A stretch of DNA of 64,000 nucleotides from Limnochordia bacterium (lineage in GTDB: Bacteria; Bacillota; Limnochordia; DTU080). Position numbers and translations under genes: made by a program. This document shows, piece by piece, positions 40,150-50,856 of this stretch. The stretch is from contig JBMNJG010000005.1 of NCBI GenBank assembly GCA_050951545.1, forward strand, positions 326,483 to 390,482, in the 5' to 3' direction. The number at the start of each line of letters is the position of its first letter. Within the stretch, counting starts at the first letter, position 1. The notes under the pieces are model-generated. The model did not search any database. It worked only from the letters and a program-made list of their open reading frames with translations, and had not been told where the DNA came from.

Positions 40150-40932
40150 GTGCCTACTACGCTCTACATCATCCGACATGCACAACCAGCGAGCCAGGAA
40201 CCCGACTATCCGGGCGGAGCCAACCCTCCCCTAGGCCGCCATGGGCAAACACAAGCAGAGCGTGCAGCGCAGCAGATCGCCTACTGGGGCATTGACTTCC
40301 TCTATTCCAGCAGCATGGCCCGCGCCCTACAGACTGCTCAACCCATCTGCGAAAGGCTACATGCACCCTGGTATGTGTGGCCTTCCTTTAGCGAGACAGG
40401 GCGCCGCAGCTGGCCAGAACTGAGGGCCCTAGCCACCGCTGACACCGACGATGCCAGCCCCCACTTGCCAAAGGCCCCGCTAGATGCCGAAGCAATGCGG
40501 CGTTACGTTCCGCTTACACAGCTACCTGCCCGCTACCCCGGAATTTGTCTCAGTCAACCCTTTCCATGGCCGGATGCCTGGTGGACAGTCTTGGAGGGCG
40601 AGACCCGCGAGGCAGCATACGCGCGTGCCGAACAGGCTATCTCGGCGCTTTGGGAGCAGCACAAAGGCAGCCAAGCCCGTTTGGCCCTTGTATGCCACGG
40701 GGCCTTCGCCTCCGTGCTCTTAACCGTGCTTACCCAAGGCACCCCGTGCGATTACAACCGTTTCAGTCACGCCCACGCGGCGATCACCCGCGTCGACCTA
40801 CACGACGAAGGCGTCGCTCGCCTACGCTTCCTCAACTACGTTGGACATCTGTCACCAGCACTGATCACAGAAGGTGTTGATCCTGCACCCGGCTGGATCG
40901 AAGGTATTCATGATCCATCTTGCGAAGTGTAG
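40150..40932 (+). CDS. Histidine phosphatase family protein
   Basis: LYIIRHA, YSSSMARALQTA and LVCHG. Confidence 0.85.
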   Translation: MPTTLYIIRHAQPASQEPDYPGGANPPLGRHGQTQAERAAQQIAYWGIDFLYSSSMARALQTAQPICERLHAPWYVWPSFSETGRRSWPELRALATADTDDASPHLPKAPLDAEAMRRYVPLTQLPARYPGICLSQPFPWPDAWWTVLEGETREAAYARAEQAISALWEQHKGSQARLALVCHGAFASVLLTVLTQGTPCDYNRFSHAHAAITRVDLHDEGVARLRFLNYVGHLSPALITEGVDPAPGWIEGIHDPSCEV

Positions 40933-40961
40933 GCCAAGGCGTCACAGGAGGTGTGACCAGC

Positions 40962-42374
40962 ATGGCCAGCAAAGATCCCAAAAGACCGAACGTGCTATTC
41001 ATCCTCTCAGACGACCAAGGGCCCTGGGCTCTGGGTTGCGCGGGCAACTCGGAGATCCAGACACCCAACCTCGATGGCCTCGCTGCCCGCGGCATGCGTT
41101 TCGAAAACTTCTTCTGCACTTCGCCTGTCTGTTCGCCAGCACGAGCGTCGTTACTTACTGGACGCATCCCCTCTCAACATGGGGTACACGACTGGCTGCG
41201 CGAGGGTAACGCGGGTGATCGGCCTATCGATTACCTGGCTGGACAGACGGGTTACACCGACATTCTCGCTGCTAGCGGGTACATCTGTGGCTTAAGCGGC
41301 AAGTGGCATTTGGGCGACAGCTTCAGACCCCAAAAAGGCTTCTCCCACTGGTACGCCCACCGCGAGGGGGGCGGCCCCTACTATAACGCCCCCATGATCC
41401 GCGACGGGCAGCTCGTGCGCGAGCCTGAGTACTTAAGCGATCTGATCACCGATGATGCACTGAATTTCCTTGATGCTTGCAGCAAAGACGACCGTCCGTT
41501 CTATCTTAGCGTGCATTACACGGCACCCCACAGCCCATGGATCGATAGCCATCCGCAAGAGATTGTAGATCTGTATGATAACTGCCCCTTTGAGTCTTGC
41601 CCCCAGGAGCCACCCCACCCATGGGCCAAAGATCATCCGCTGCTGCGCAGCGTCAGCAAGAACGTGCGCGAGAACCTCAAAGGGTATTTCGCCGCTGTCA
41701 CAGCCATGGATCTGGGCATTGGGCGCCTTCTCGACCGCGTCGAGGCCTTGGGGCTGACTGCTGACACCCTGATCTTCTTCACCAGCGATAATGGCTTCAA
41801 CTGCGGCCACCATGGCCTCTGGGGTAAGGGCAATGGGACCTTTCCTCTCAATATGTATGACAACTCCGTGAAAGTGCCAGCGATCGCCAGCCATCCTGGC
41901 TACATTCCAGAGAGCGTAGTCTCAGATGCCCTGCTGAGCGGGTACGATTTCATGCCCACGCTACTAGATTACCTCGGCCTCGGGAATCCCGAACATACTA
42001 GTTTGCCTGGACGGAGTTTTGCCTCTGTTTTGCAGGGAAGGGCGGTGCAAGGCAACGATCACGTTGTGGTATACGATGAGTACGGACCCGTACGCATGAT
42101 CCGGACACACGAGTGGAAGTACGTACATCGCTATCCCTACGGCCCGCACGAATTGTACCACCTAAGCGAGGACCCCGCCGAACGTGTCAACCTTGTGGAA
42201 CAGTCCGACCTCCAAGATGTTGTCGTGGCGATGAGGGCTGGGTTGCAGGATTGGTTCATCCAGTATGTAGACCCCCAGCGGGACGGGCGGCACGAGCCAG
42301 TCACTGGTCAAGGGCAGCTCGACTTGGCCGGGCCAGCAGGTCGTGGTGTGGACGCGTTTGCTCCTCCTTGGTGA
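40962..42374 (+). CDS. Sulfatase (Cys-type)
   Basis: PNVLFILSDD, CSPARASLLTG, GKWHLG, FTSDNG; AGGAGG SD. Confidence 0.93.
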   Translation: MASKDPKRPNVLFILSDDQGPWALGCAGNSEIQTPNLDGLAARGMRFENFFCTSPVCSPARASLLTGRIPSQHGVHDWLREGNAGDRPIDYLAGQTGYTDILAASGYICGLSGKWHLGDSFRPQKGFSHWYAHREGGGPYYNAPMIRDGQLVREPEYLSDLITDDALNFLDACSKDDRPFYLSVHYTAPHSPWIDSHPQEIVDLYDNCPFESCPQEPPHPWAKDHPLLRSVSKNVRENLKGYFAAVTAMDLGIGRLLDRVEALGLTADTLIFFTSDNGFNCGHHGLWGKGNGTFPLNMYDNSVKVPAIASHPGYIPESVVSDALLSGYDFMPTLLDYLGLGNPEHTSLPGRSFASVLQGRAVQGNDHVVVYDEYGPVRMIRTHEWKYVHRYPYGPHELYHLSEDPAERVNLVEQSDLQDVVVAMRAGLQDWFIQYVDPQRDGRHEPVTGQGQLDLAGPAGRGVDAFAPPW

Positions 42375-42444
42375 TGGAGGGTGAATCAGGGACATATGCG
42401 GCGCCAATAACGGGCCGCAGAAGATAAGAGGAGGCTGAATTTCG

Positions 42445-43071
42445 GTGTTCAAACCAGTGGAAAACGCGGTGATCCTTTTCAACGGTAAGGACGTAAGTAA
42501 CTGGCATCAGCGCAACGGCCAGCCGGCCACATGGACCGTTGACGACGAGGTCATGACCGTAGCGAAAGGCGACATCCTGAGCCAAGAGACATTCCGCGAC
42601 GCCTTTGTGCATCTAGAATTCCGGGTGCCAGATATGCCTGGGGCCACCGGACAAGCCAAGGGCAACAGCGGGGTCTATCTGCAGGGTCGCTATGAGATCC
42701 AGGTCCTCGACTCCTACGGCGTAGGCATTCCTGGCAAAGGAGACTGCGGAGCGATCTACAACCAGTTCGCTCCTCTGACGAACGCCTGCAAGCCCGCGAT
42801 GGAGTGGCAGACCTACGACATCATCTTCCGGGCCGCCCGCGTGAACGATGCAGGTGAGGTTACCGAACCTGCCCGCATGACGCTGCTTCACAATGGCCAA
42901 GTCATCCAGAACAACGTCGTACTCATGGGTCCCACAGGCGGCGCAGTGGATCACAACGTTGGCGAACCTGGCCCGCTCCTACTGCAGGATCACGGTGACC
43001 GAGTGCAATACCGCAATGTCTGGCTGGTTCATCTGCCGCGGGCTGGATCAGATACCTACGAACCACGCTGA
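42445..43071 (+). CDS. DUF1080 (3-keto-glycoside hydrolase-like) protein
   Basis: LFNGKD, GNSGVY, YEIQVLD, LQDHG..YRNVW. Confidence 0.9.
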   Translation: MFKPVENAVILFNGKDVSNWHQRNGQPATWTVDDEVMTVAKGDILSQETFRDAFVHLEFRVPDMPGATGQAKGNSGVYLQGRYEIQVLDSYGVGIPGKGDCGAIYNQFAPLTNACKPAMEWQTYDIIFRAARVNDAGEVTEPARMTLLHNGQVIQNNVVLMGPTGGAVDHNVGEPGPLLLQDHGDRVQYRNVWLVHLPRAGSDTYEPR

Positions 43072-43114
43072 CGACCTGCGGGCAGCGTCACACTAGGGCT
43101 AGGAGGGGCGGCCA

Positions 43115-45118
43115 GTGCTACCATGGGGACCTTATCTCGATGGCTACCAAGACACTGCTGACCAACTGCGGCAACACATCTGGGAACGATCGGCGAAGCA
43201 GACGGCTGCTGCACGAAACAGCCGATGCCCCCTTGACCGAGTCACCTTTGAGCGCCAACTGACCGAGCAAGAAGAGGCGTTCCTCTTTGCCCTAGGTGGC
43301 CTGCCTACGGAAAAGACACCCCTGAACGTGCAGACGACAGGTGTGCTGCATAGAGCTGAGTATGACGTCGAGAAACTGATCTATGAAAGCCTGCCGGGCT
43401 TTCACGTCACCGCTAACCTCTATCTCCCGGCCAGGTACCAGGCCTGTGCCCCTGCCGTTTTGTTCGTCTGCGGCCATGCAGAAGAGGCCAAGTCCTCGGC
43501 CAGCTACCAGCAGGTTTGCCAGGACCTCGTACGGGCGGGCTTCATCGTGCTGATCATCGATCCCCTTGGCCAGGGCGAGCGCATGTACTACTACAACCCA
43601 GAAACAGGGAAACAAGATGTGCCATGGGGCACTACAGAGCACGCGCACGTCGGTTTCCAATGCCACCTGATCGGTACGAATGTGGCCCGCTATTTCCTGT
43701 GGGATGCCATTCGGGCTGTCGACCTCTTGGTCAGCCGACCTGAGGTCGATGCGTCCCGCATAGGGGTCACTGGCAACTCCGGCGGAGGCACGCAAACAAG
43801 CCTCCTGCTTATGGCTGAGCCACGCATCGCCGCAGCCGTAAGCTGTACGTATCCCAACGACCGCCTGCTGTTCATGCAGAGCGGACAGCCCCACGATGCT
43901 GAGCAAAACTACTTCGGAGCCCTCACCCATGGCCTCAACTACAGCGACATGCTGGCCGCCCTCGCTCCCCGCCCCTTGCAGCTAGGGGCCGTGGCGAGCG
44001 ATTTCTTTCCAATCGAAGGCACCCTGGCCGCATACGAGTGGCTGCAGAAGGTGTACGAGCTGTACGGAGCCCAAGACAAGCTGCGCCTGGTCATCGATGC
44101 TGGCCTGCATGCCTATAGCCCTGTACTGCGCCGCGAAGCGGTCGCCTTTTTCCGTCACCACCTCCTGGACGAGAACATTGATCTAGGGCCGAGCGTAGCT
44201 GTTGCTGCTGGCCCGGACGAATCACCTCTGGCGGCCAACGTTCCTGCCGCTGTCGAAACAGCCCCACCAAGCGTGGAGCCGTCACGTGTGCTTCATTGCA
44301 CGAAAAGCGGACAGGTGGTCGCAGAGTTTGGTAGCAAGACCCGCTCTGTCTTCCAGCTGAACATAGAGGCCTGGGAGGCTCTGCAACGCGAGCGCAACTC
44401 TCCCTGTGCCGAGGAGATCCATACCGCGTTAAAGCGCATAATCCGGGCTGAACGACCCCGACCACCCCTGTGGGTGCGCCGCCTGCGGGCGGGGACACTC
44501 GATGGTGTGAACTGGCAACACGCCTACTTCTTCAGTGAGCCAAGCGTAGCGGTAGCCACCATCGAGATCACTGCCCAGGGGGCTGACGTCAACGACCCGC
44601 TAACCGTAGTGCTCTGCGAAGAGGGTACGCAAGTGGTCGACAAAGACAAGCCCTTCATCAACGCATTACTGCAACAGCACCAGCGATTGCTTGTCGTGGA
44701 CCCCCGCGGCACAGGAGCCCTCGCCCCACGACCCGTCAACGCCCGTGACCCGCACAGCATCTTTGGTACAGAGCACAAGCTCAACTATGACGCCATGATG
44801 CTGAGAGACTCACTCTTCGCTATGCGCGTCTACGATGTCGAAAGAGCGATAGAGTATGCCCGGCGCATTGCCCCCTGCATCCGCGGCGTCGGCCGTGGCG
44901 TGCCAGGGCTTTATCTTCTCGCGGCCGCTGCCCTGCGCTGCGAACCGCTGGAACTCACGCTGCAGGCCCTGCCCCCCACGTGGAACAACCTAGTGAGAGA
45001 ACGTCTCGTGCACCCCGATCCTCGCCTCGAGGTGTTTGGTGTTCTACGAGAGTTCGACGTACCCGATCTCCTTGAGGCACTTGAAGCTGTTGGAGGTAAG
45101 GCAAGCATAGTAACCTAG
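43115..45118 (+). CDS. Alpha/beta-hydrolase (acetylxylan esterase-like), two-domain
   Basis: VTANLYLP, CGH, DPLGQGER, nucleophile GNSGGG; degenerate second domain (VDPRGTG). Confidence 0.8.
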   Translation: MLPWGPYLDGYQDTADQLRQHIWERSAKQTAAARNSRCPLDRVTFERQLTEQEEAFLFALGGLPTEKTPLNVQTTGVLHRAEYDVEKLIYESLPGFHVTANLYLPARYQACAPAVLFVCGHAEEAKSSASYQQVCQDLVRAGFIVLIIDPLGQGERMYYYNPETGKQDVPWGTTEHAHVGFQCHLIGTNVARYFLWDAIRAVDLLVSRPEVDASRIGVTGNSGGGTQTSLLLMAEPRIAAAVSCTYPNDRLLFMQSGQPHDAEQNYFGALTHGLNYSDMLAALAPRPLQLGAVASDFFPIEGTLAAYEWLQKVYELYGAQDKLRLVIDAGLHAYSPVLRREAVAFFRHHLLDENIDLGPSVAVAAGPDESPLAANVPAAVETAPPSVEPSRVLHCTKSGQVVAEFGSKTRSVFQLNIEAWEALQRERNSPCAEEIHTALKRIIRAERPRPPLWVRRLRAGTLDGVNWQHAYFFSEPSVAVATIEITAQGADVNDPLTVVLCEEGTQVVDKDKPFINALLQQHQRLLVVDPRGTGALAPRPVNARDPHSIFGTEHKLNYDAMMLRDSLFAMRVYDVERAIEYARRIAPCIRGVGRGVPGLYLLAAAALRCEPLELTLQALPPTWNNLVRERLVHPDPRLEVFGVLREFDVPDLLEALEAVGGKASIVT

Positions 45119-45148
45119 AGCTTTGCGTTTTCTGTTAGTGCTTGATAC

Positions 45149-45167
45149 CTGACAAACAATATGTCAG
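45149..45167. promoter_or_regulatory. Operator-like inverted repeat
   Basis: CTGACA-N7-TGTCAG in the AT-rich region upstream of the SBP at 45234. Confidence 0.4.
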
Positions 45168-45233
45168 TATGGTTAATGAATGGCCGCCTCACGGCATTGT
45201 GAATAGAATAATCATAGGAGGGTGAAGAATTAG

Positions 45234-46616
45234 ATGCGAAATGGACCATCAAGAATAACTTTGACTGTGTTGATGCTATTGATAATCGGTGCAGGTGTGC
45301 CCTGTCAGGCCGCTACGCCCAAGACAACCCTCAACATAGTGGTACGCAACACTTATGAAGACCTTCCCGAACCTGTACTTCAGCGCTTTAGCGAACTGAA
45401 CCCCAACGTCCAGTTTGAGTTAATCCGGGGAACCTCTTCGACAATCGACGAGAAACTCACGACAGCCCTAGCAGCCGGATTGCCACTCGACATCGTGATT
45501 AGCATGAGCATACGCGGCTGGGTGAGTTATGCAGCACAGGGTGTCTTCCGCGATCTGGGCCCCTATATCAAAGCCGACCGCCAGGAACTAGAGAGAAAAG
45601 GCGTACCAGCCTTCATTCTCGATGGTCTCAAAGTCAACGGAGTCAGTGCCTATATCCCCTACAGCATTTGGTCATCCCTGATAACCATCTACAACGCTAC
45701 CTACTTCGATGAAGCAGGGCTCGTCAGACCCGCTGCTCGCTGGGATGATAGCCATTGGACCTGGAGTGAGATGATCCAGGCGGCTAGAAAACTGGTCCGC
45801 ACCACGCCCGAAGGCGCCATTAATCGGCCAGGATTCCGTTTCGACCTCAATGATATTGTGATGCAGGGTGTCTCCATGGCGTGGGGGGGCGATCTGTTCC
45901 CACCGGAGACCTACCAGACGGGTATGATCAAAAAGGTCACCTTCGACACGCCCACCAACCGCCGGGCCTTGGGGCATCTGGTAGACCTCTCCGTCACCCA
46001 CCGCGTGACGAACCACGCTTTGCCGCAGAGCGGGAGCCGCTCAATCAATACGGGGTTCGCAGCGATGGCTCTCATACCGGGTGGTATGATCGACCCCGCC
46101 ACCTACTCGAAGGACTTCGTCTGGGGCATGGCTCCCTATCCGAAGCCCGACGAGGTAGCTAACCGCGTGGCCATGCCGTCCTGGATACGCGCCGCTGCCA
46201 TCTGCGACAGAAGTGCCCATCCAGACATGGCCTGGAAGTTTATCAAGTTCATGCTGACCGATGCCTATGAACTGGGAGAGTTCGAATCTGAGGGGCGGAT
46301 CCACAGCTGGAATCTCAGCCGCGGCGTCAATCCCAACACGTGGCGGAACTACGCTGCGGCCATCTCGAGAAGCCTAGAACTGGCCCATAGCCAGCCGGAG
46401 ATGGTATCGTTCCTCGTGCAAGGCGTAGGCCAGTACACCCGCATTGCGGCCTCGAACGCACTCGTAGGCGGTGGCGAGACCATCCATGGCACCAAGACGC
46501 CTCTGGGGATGTACATGCTGGAAGCCTCGCAAGGAAAGATCCCATTGGAGGAAGCTCTCGGCAGAGCCGAGCAGGACGCGGGTAACGTTCTGGCCAACAT
46601 CTACAGAAACATGTAA
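45234..46616 (+). CDS. ABC transporter sugar-binding protein
   Basis: Signal peptide, LAAGLPLDI, YNATYFDEAGL, WTWSE, AWKFIKF. Confidence 0.85.
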   Translation: MRNGPSRITLTVLMLLIIGAGVPCQAATPKTTLNIVVRNTYEDLPEPVLQRFSELNPNVQFELIRGTSSTIDEKLTTALAAGLPLDIVISMSIRGWVSYAAQGVFRDLGPYIKADRQELERKGVPAFILDGLKVNGVSAYIPYSIWSSLITIYNATYFDEAGLVRPAARWDDSHWTWSEMIQAARKLVRTTPEGAINRPGFRFDLNDIVMQGVSMAWGGDLFPPETYQTGMIKKVTFDTPTNRRALGHLVDLSVTHRVTNHALPQSGSRSINTGFAAMALIPGGMIDPATYSKDFVWGMAPYPKPDEVANRVAMPSWIRAAAICDRSAHPDMAWKFIKFMLTDAYELGEFESEGRIHSWNLSRGVNPNTWRNYAAAISRSLELAHSQPEMVSFLVQGVGQYTRIAASNALVGGGETIHGTKTPLGMYMLEASQGKIPLEEALGRAEQDAGNVLANIYRNM

Positions 46617-46633
46617 CTCGCGCGCACGCAGAT

Positions 46634-46664
46634 GCCTTGGCTGGTGCGCTGCACCAGCCAAGGC
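46634..46664. terminator. Hairpin between convergent genes
   Basis: Perfect 14-bp stem GCCTTGGCTGGTGC-GCT-GCACCAGCCAAGGC. Confidence 0.7.
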
Positions 46665-46682
46665 CCTATCGCGTTTGTTCAG

Positions 46683-47876
46683 TCATGGCTGAAACCGATA
46701 CTCGTAGGCATCACTGGTCCACTCGCCGGTTTCCAGGAAGCGCGTGCAGTGGATCACTATCTCACCCGTGACTCGATCCTCCCGGGCATAGAAGTTGGAG
46801 AGAGTCAGGTTCACATGGTCCTCAGGTCCACGATCATCCACGACACAGAGCGACTCCCGCTCGAGGGCCAGGGAGTGCGGATTGACGACACCAATCACCA
46901 ACGGGTACCTCGGCCTATTACCAACAGGATTCTCCTTAGAGATGTTCCCAATCCAGTAATACTGACCACTGGAATGAGGCAGAAGCTGCGAACACGAGGA
47001 GGGCGAGAAAAACCGTCCTCCGTCGGTGTATTTCCAAGGCTCTGGCGCAGACCAACTCCAACCACCGTCTTCGGAAACCGACCACCAACGATAGCCTGGC
47101 AACTCAGGTCGGCGATCGTTGCTGCCCCGCATCACCATCAGAATGCGCCCGTCAGGCATCTCTGCGATCGTAGGCTCTAGCATCCCTCGAGTTGAACGAG
47201 CCGGATCAGCTTCCACAGCCTCTGATAGATCCCATGACATGCGACTATCAGACGACCAGGTGCCGATCAGGACCGCCGAGTAGTGGTAGGTATACCCCCC
47301 ACCGGGATTATAGTACTCGCCATCAGGTCCGACAGGGGTGATCTGCACTGGTATCAGTATCTTCCCTGCTCGAGTGCGGATGGGGACCATCGTAGTATCG
47401 CCGAGCATCACCGAATTCTTCCCTCGCCAAACTCCCCGAAGCGGATGCGACTCGTTATACTCCGGGCCCTCTTGTATCACTGGCGCGTCAACAGCCATGC
47501 TCTGGCCGCCATCCAGTGAGACGCAGTAATGCAATGTCCAGTTCTTCATACCCTCCATTGGGTTATCGGAGGGAAGCACACCCCTGTTGCTCAGGAAGAG
47601 CAGTGCGCCCGTCTTAGGATCGACAAATCCCGGCGATATAGAGCGACGCAGCGTACCCCCAGGTACCTGCCAGTGCGTTGCCATCTCCTCCGGAGCAGAC
47701 CAAGTGGCCCCGTTGTCACTGCTAAAGCGCTGGTACCGCACGTCGGTGGTATCAGAGCGCGTCGAGTGGCCGTGCACGCTGATCAGCGCCAGACCTTCAC
47801 GGCTCGTGTAGTAGGTGTACGCACCCAGGCTGACCCCGGGACGGGGGCTTTTCAGAAACAGCCTTCTTGCTAGCAT
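46683..47876 (-). CDS. BNR/Asp-box sialidase-like beta-propeller
   Basis: Asp boxes SSDNGATW, SLDGGQS and SEDGGWSW; EPTIAE..MVMR. Confidence 0.8.
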   Translation of the reverse strand: MLARRLFLKSPRPGVSLGAYTYYTSREGLALISVHGHSTRSDTTDVRYQRFSSDNGATWSAPEEMATHWQVPGGTLRRSISPGFVDPKTGALLFLSNRGVLPSDNPMEGMKNWTLHYCVSLDGGQSMAVDAPVIQEGPEYNESHPLRGVWRGKNSVMLGDTTMVPIRTRAGKILIPVQITPVGPDGEYYNPGGGYTYHYSAVLIGTWSSDSRMSWDLSEAVEADPARSTRGMLEPTIAEMPDGRILMVMRGSNDRRPELPGYRWWSVSEDGGWSWSAPEPWKYTDGGRFFSPSSCSQLLPHSSGQYYWIGNISKENPVGNRPRYPLVIGVVNPHSLALERESLCVVDDRGPEDHVNLTLSNFYAREDRVTGEIVIHCTRFLETGEWTSDAYEYRFQP

Positions 47877-47899
47877 CCGCCATCCATGCTAGACAACCC

Positions 47900-49219
47900 T
47901 CACTTCCAGAACTCATCCAGCAACTTCTGAGTATCAAACTGCATTTTCTCGACTCGCTCCGGAACAGGACGCCGATTTAGCCTAATGGCTTCAGTCAAGG
48001 CGGGGCTCAGCACTTGGCCCTGAAACTGATCCATGATAGGCGCACCAAATAGGCCCTCACTTCGACCATACGGAATGACTTGCTGGACAATCCGAGCCCA
48101 GTTTTCATCGCGATTAACAAGATCGACCACAGAACGCTGACGAAGCACTGAACGCCGGGCTGGCAGGTCCGAGATAAGACCGCGGAGGGCGACCTCCTTG
48201 CCCTGCTTCTCCGGTGAGGTCAGCCATTTGATATACTCCCACGCCGCAGCTTCGCGCTTGGGGTCACCGCTCTTAACCGCAGCCCATCCACTCCAGTGGG
48301 CATAGGTAGCAGGTTCGCCACCCGGCATGCTGAGTGCGGGTGCGATGCGCAGGTTCTCCCAAATCGGTGCGCCAAGATCCTTGGGACGGGGGATGTCCAA
48401 CCAGAACCCTACTCTGCTGGAGGTGGTACGCCTAAAGGCCTCGTTTGTGTCAAAACCGAAGTTGCCGCTGTAGCCATACACTCCAGCATCGACCATTTCC
48501 CCTAAGAAAGTAAGGGCCTCACGAATACCGAGGTCTTGATCCACCACTGCCCTGCGAAAATCAGTGTCGAAGAAGCGGGCACCAGCCTGCACCCAGATAG
48601 GCAAGGCTCCTGACCATGGATGATAGGCCAAGATGCCATGCACTCTCACCTGTCCATCGCTCTCAGTGCGCTGAACTCGCTTGCCCAGGCTCCGCCAGTC
48701 TTCCCAGGTCCAGCCAAGCTTGGGCTCTGGTACTCCAGATTCGGCCAAGAGGCTGGGGTTGTAATACATGACTCCACCGCCCACGCTTGTCGGCACGGCG
48801 TACAGGCCACCTTGCCACCAAATGCCCGTCTGCGCTCCTGGAAAGGTGTCCGTGCGAATCTGTTCCAAGACGCCGTCACGCTTGGCATAGGGAGTCAGAT
48901 CCACCAGAAGACCACGCGCCGCATAGCCGACCCACACATAGGTGATAGCAAAGGCGTCGGGGCCAGCCCCGGCGATAACGGACGGTATGAACCTATCAGG
49001 ATAGGTACCATAGGAAATGCCCAGCACTTCTACCTCAATGTCAGGATGGAGCTTGTTGAACTCTGCCGCTAGCTCCTGGTTGATACGAAACTGGTCGCGC
49101 TCAGGAAACGATTCCCAGACAGTGATCTTGACAGGTGCCCCGCTTGCAGATCCGATCACCAACACCAAGACGAGAGAAAGGTAAGCCGTCGTTGCAACTC
49201 GCACTTTCGATGAGATCAT
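47900..49219 (-). CDS. ABC transporter sugar-binding protein
   Basis: Signal peptide, FNKLHPDIEV, AGAGPD, YYNPSLL, WTWED, AAWEYIKW. Confidence 0.88.
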   Translation of the reverse strand: MISSKVRVATTAYLSLVLVLVIGSASGAPVKITVWESFPERDQFRINQELAAEFNKLHPDIEVEVLGISYGTYPDRFIPSVIAGAGPDAFAITYVWVGYAARGLLVDLTPYAKRDGVLEQIRTDTFPGAQTGIWWQGGLYAVPTSVGGGVMYYNPSLLAESGVPEPKLGWTWEDWRSLGKRVQRTESDGQVRVHGILAYHPWSGALPIWVQAGARFFDTDFRRAVVDQDLGIREALTFLGEMVDAGVYGYSGNFGFDTNEAFRRTTSSRVGFWLDIPRPKDLGAPIWENLRIAPALSMPGGEPATYAHWSGWAAVKSGDPKREAAAWEYIKWLTSPEKQGKEVALRGLISDLPARRSVLRQRSVVDLVNRDENWARIVQQVIPYGRSEGLFGAPIMDQFQGQVLSPALTEAIRLNRRPVPERVEKMQFDTQKLLDEFWK

Positions 49220-49270
49220 GCTCTTCCGCTCCTCTCAGGATCTAGTGATGTGGTGCGACATCTGAGTGAT

Positions 49271-50572
49271 CTAGTGCTTTCTGCGTGAAGCTGCCAATAC
49301 CTCGTCAAGGCGGGCCTGAATCACCCGAGTGACCGCTTCCAGAGCCGCCTTGGGACTTTGTTCCAGCTGGATCACGCTGGTGCGGGCCTTGGCCAGTTCA
49401 CTGGAGTAGGTGACGCTCACGGGCATTGTGGGCAGATAAGGCCGAGAGTTCGGCCCGGCAAGGACGTTAGCTACTGGTAAGTAGACGGGGTAGCGTTGCA
49501 CAAAGACTCTTGCGGCCGCAATGCGTGCAGGAAAGCGGAGTTCAGGGTCCACCTGCTGACGCTCAAGCACGTATTCCAGGCTGGTGCGATAGCGGATGTA
49601 CTCAAAGGCCTCCTGTGGATGCTTCGCTCCCGTGGGGATCACCAGAGTTAGCGCATTGCCCGTAGTGGCATTGGACTTCCCCAGGGTTGGGTACGGCAGG
49701 GGAATCATCTCCCACTCAAAGTCAGGCGCGTATAGAGCGAAGCGCGCAATCGCCCATGGCCCAATGAGCTGCATAGCCAACTGATCGTTGTACAAAGGAC
49801 CGCCCATGTGGTAGGTTGAGCTGGTCTGAGATGCCAGAGCGTTGATGCGGGCGTAGTCGTAGCGCTCCGAATAGGAGGCCATCCAGGCAAACATACTTAC
49901 GACGTTCTGCGAGTCAGCTGTCACCCGACGATTCACGGGATCCCACAATTGTGCGTCCCACGGAGCCAGCCAACTCCACGCATCGCCTAGCCACGGGACG
50001 AAACCCATGCGCTTGACACTGCCATCTGCGTCGACGAGGGTTAACCTCTTAGTAGCCTCATCTAGCTCTTCAATGGTACGCGGAGGAGTGACTCCCGCGG
50101 CACTCAACAGGGCCTTGTTTGTGTAGAGCATGTTGGCATCAACATCGTAGGTCATGGCCCACACACTTCCGTCGTAGCGCCACGAATCCCACACCAAGGG
50201 AAAAAAGTCCTTCTGCTGAATATCCGCCCTCTTGACGAAGTCATCAAGAGGCTGAATGAGCCCCCCCTCGGCGAACTCAGCCAACGAAAAAGTGGCTATG
50301 AGCGACGCGATATCAGGGGCTGCCCCTCCGGCGATGGCTACTGAGAGCTTGTTATAGTAGTCACTTGTCACGCTAACGTACTCGATCTCCACCCCCGGAT
50401 GTGTGTCCTGGTACTTCTTGGCCATCCGCATGTCATTCTCCAGGGTAATACCAGTGAGCTTGTGCCACAACTGTAGTTTGGTGTTTTCCTTGGCTTGACC
50501 GACAGACGGGACCATGAGAAGCATGGCCAGAAACCCCATCACCAGTCTCATACCAGGCCTTGGGTACTTCAT
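49271..50572 (-). CDS. ABC transporter sugar-binding protein
   Basis: Start moved to MKYPRP (GGGGGAGG SD); HPGVEI, AGGAAPDI, YTNKALL, GFVPW. Confidence 0.88.
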   Translation of the reverse strand: MKYPRPGMRLVMGFLAMLLMVPSVGQAKENTKLQLWHKLTGITLENDMRMAKKYQDTHPGVEIEYVSVTSDYYNKLSVAIAGGAAPDIASLIATFSLAEFAEGGLIQPLDDFVKRADIQQKDFFPLVWDSWRYDGSVWAMTYDVDANMLYTNKALLSAAGVTPPRTIEELDEATKRLTLVDADGSVKRMGFVPWLGDAWSWLAPWDAQLWDPVNRRVTADSQNVVSMFAWMASYSERYDYARINALASQTSSTYHMGGPLYNDQLAMQLIGPWAIARFALYAPDFEWEMIPLPYPTLGKSNATTGNALTLVIPTGAKHPQEAFEYIRYRTSLEYVLERQQVDPELRFPARIAAARVFVQRYPVYLPVANVLAGPNSRPYLPTMPVSVTYSSELAKARTSVIQLEQSPKAALEAVTRVIQARLDEVLAASRRKH

Positions 50573-50856
50573 TCTATTCCTCCCCCTTTTCGTGCATATC
50601 TCAATCATTCCACTAATAAGCATATGCTCCTCCGTTCGGCAACGCCGAAAGTCGCCCCCATTTCGATACGAGCGGCAGGGAAGCCGACCGCAAACGTGAA
50701 ACCCTGCACAGAAGAGTCCCGCCTACAGCAACACTGTGACAAGGGCTATAGCGAAGCTACGCATGGGCACAACGCCCCTGCCCGCCACGAGCTATGAAAA
50801 TGAGGGGCGCTCATGTCGATGCCACAGCGAAGAGGGATTTTCGAAGGAGGCTGGCT

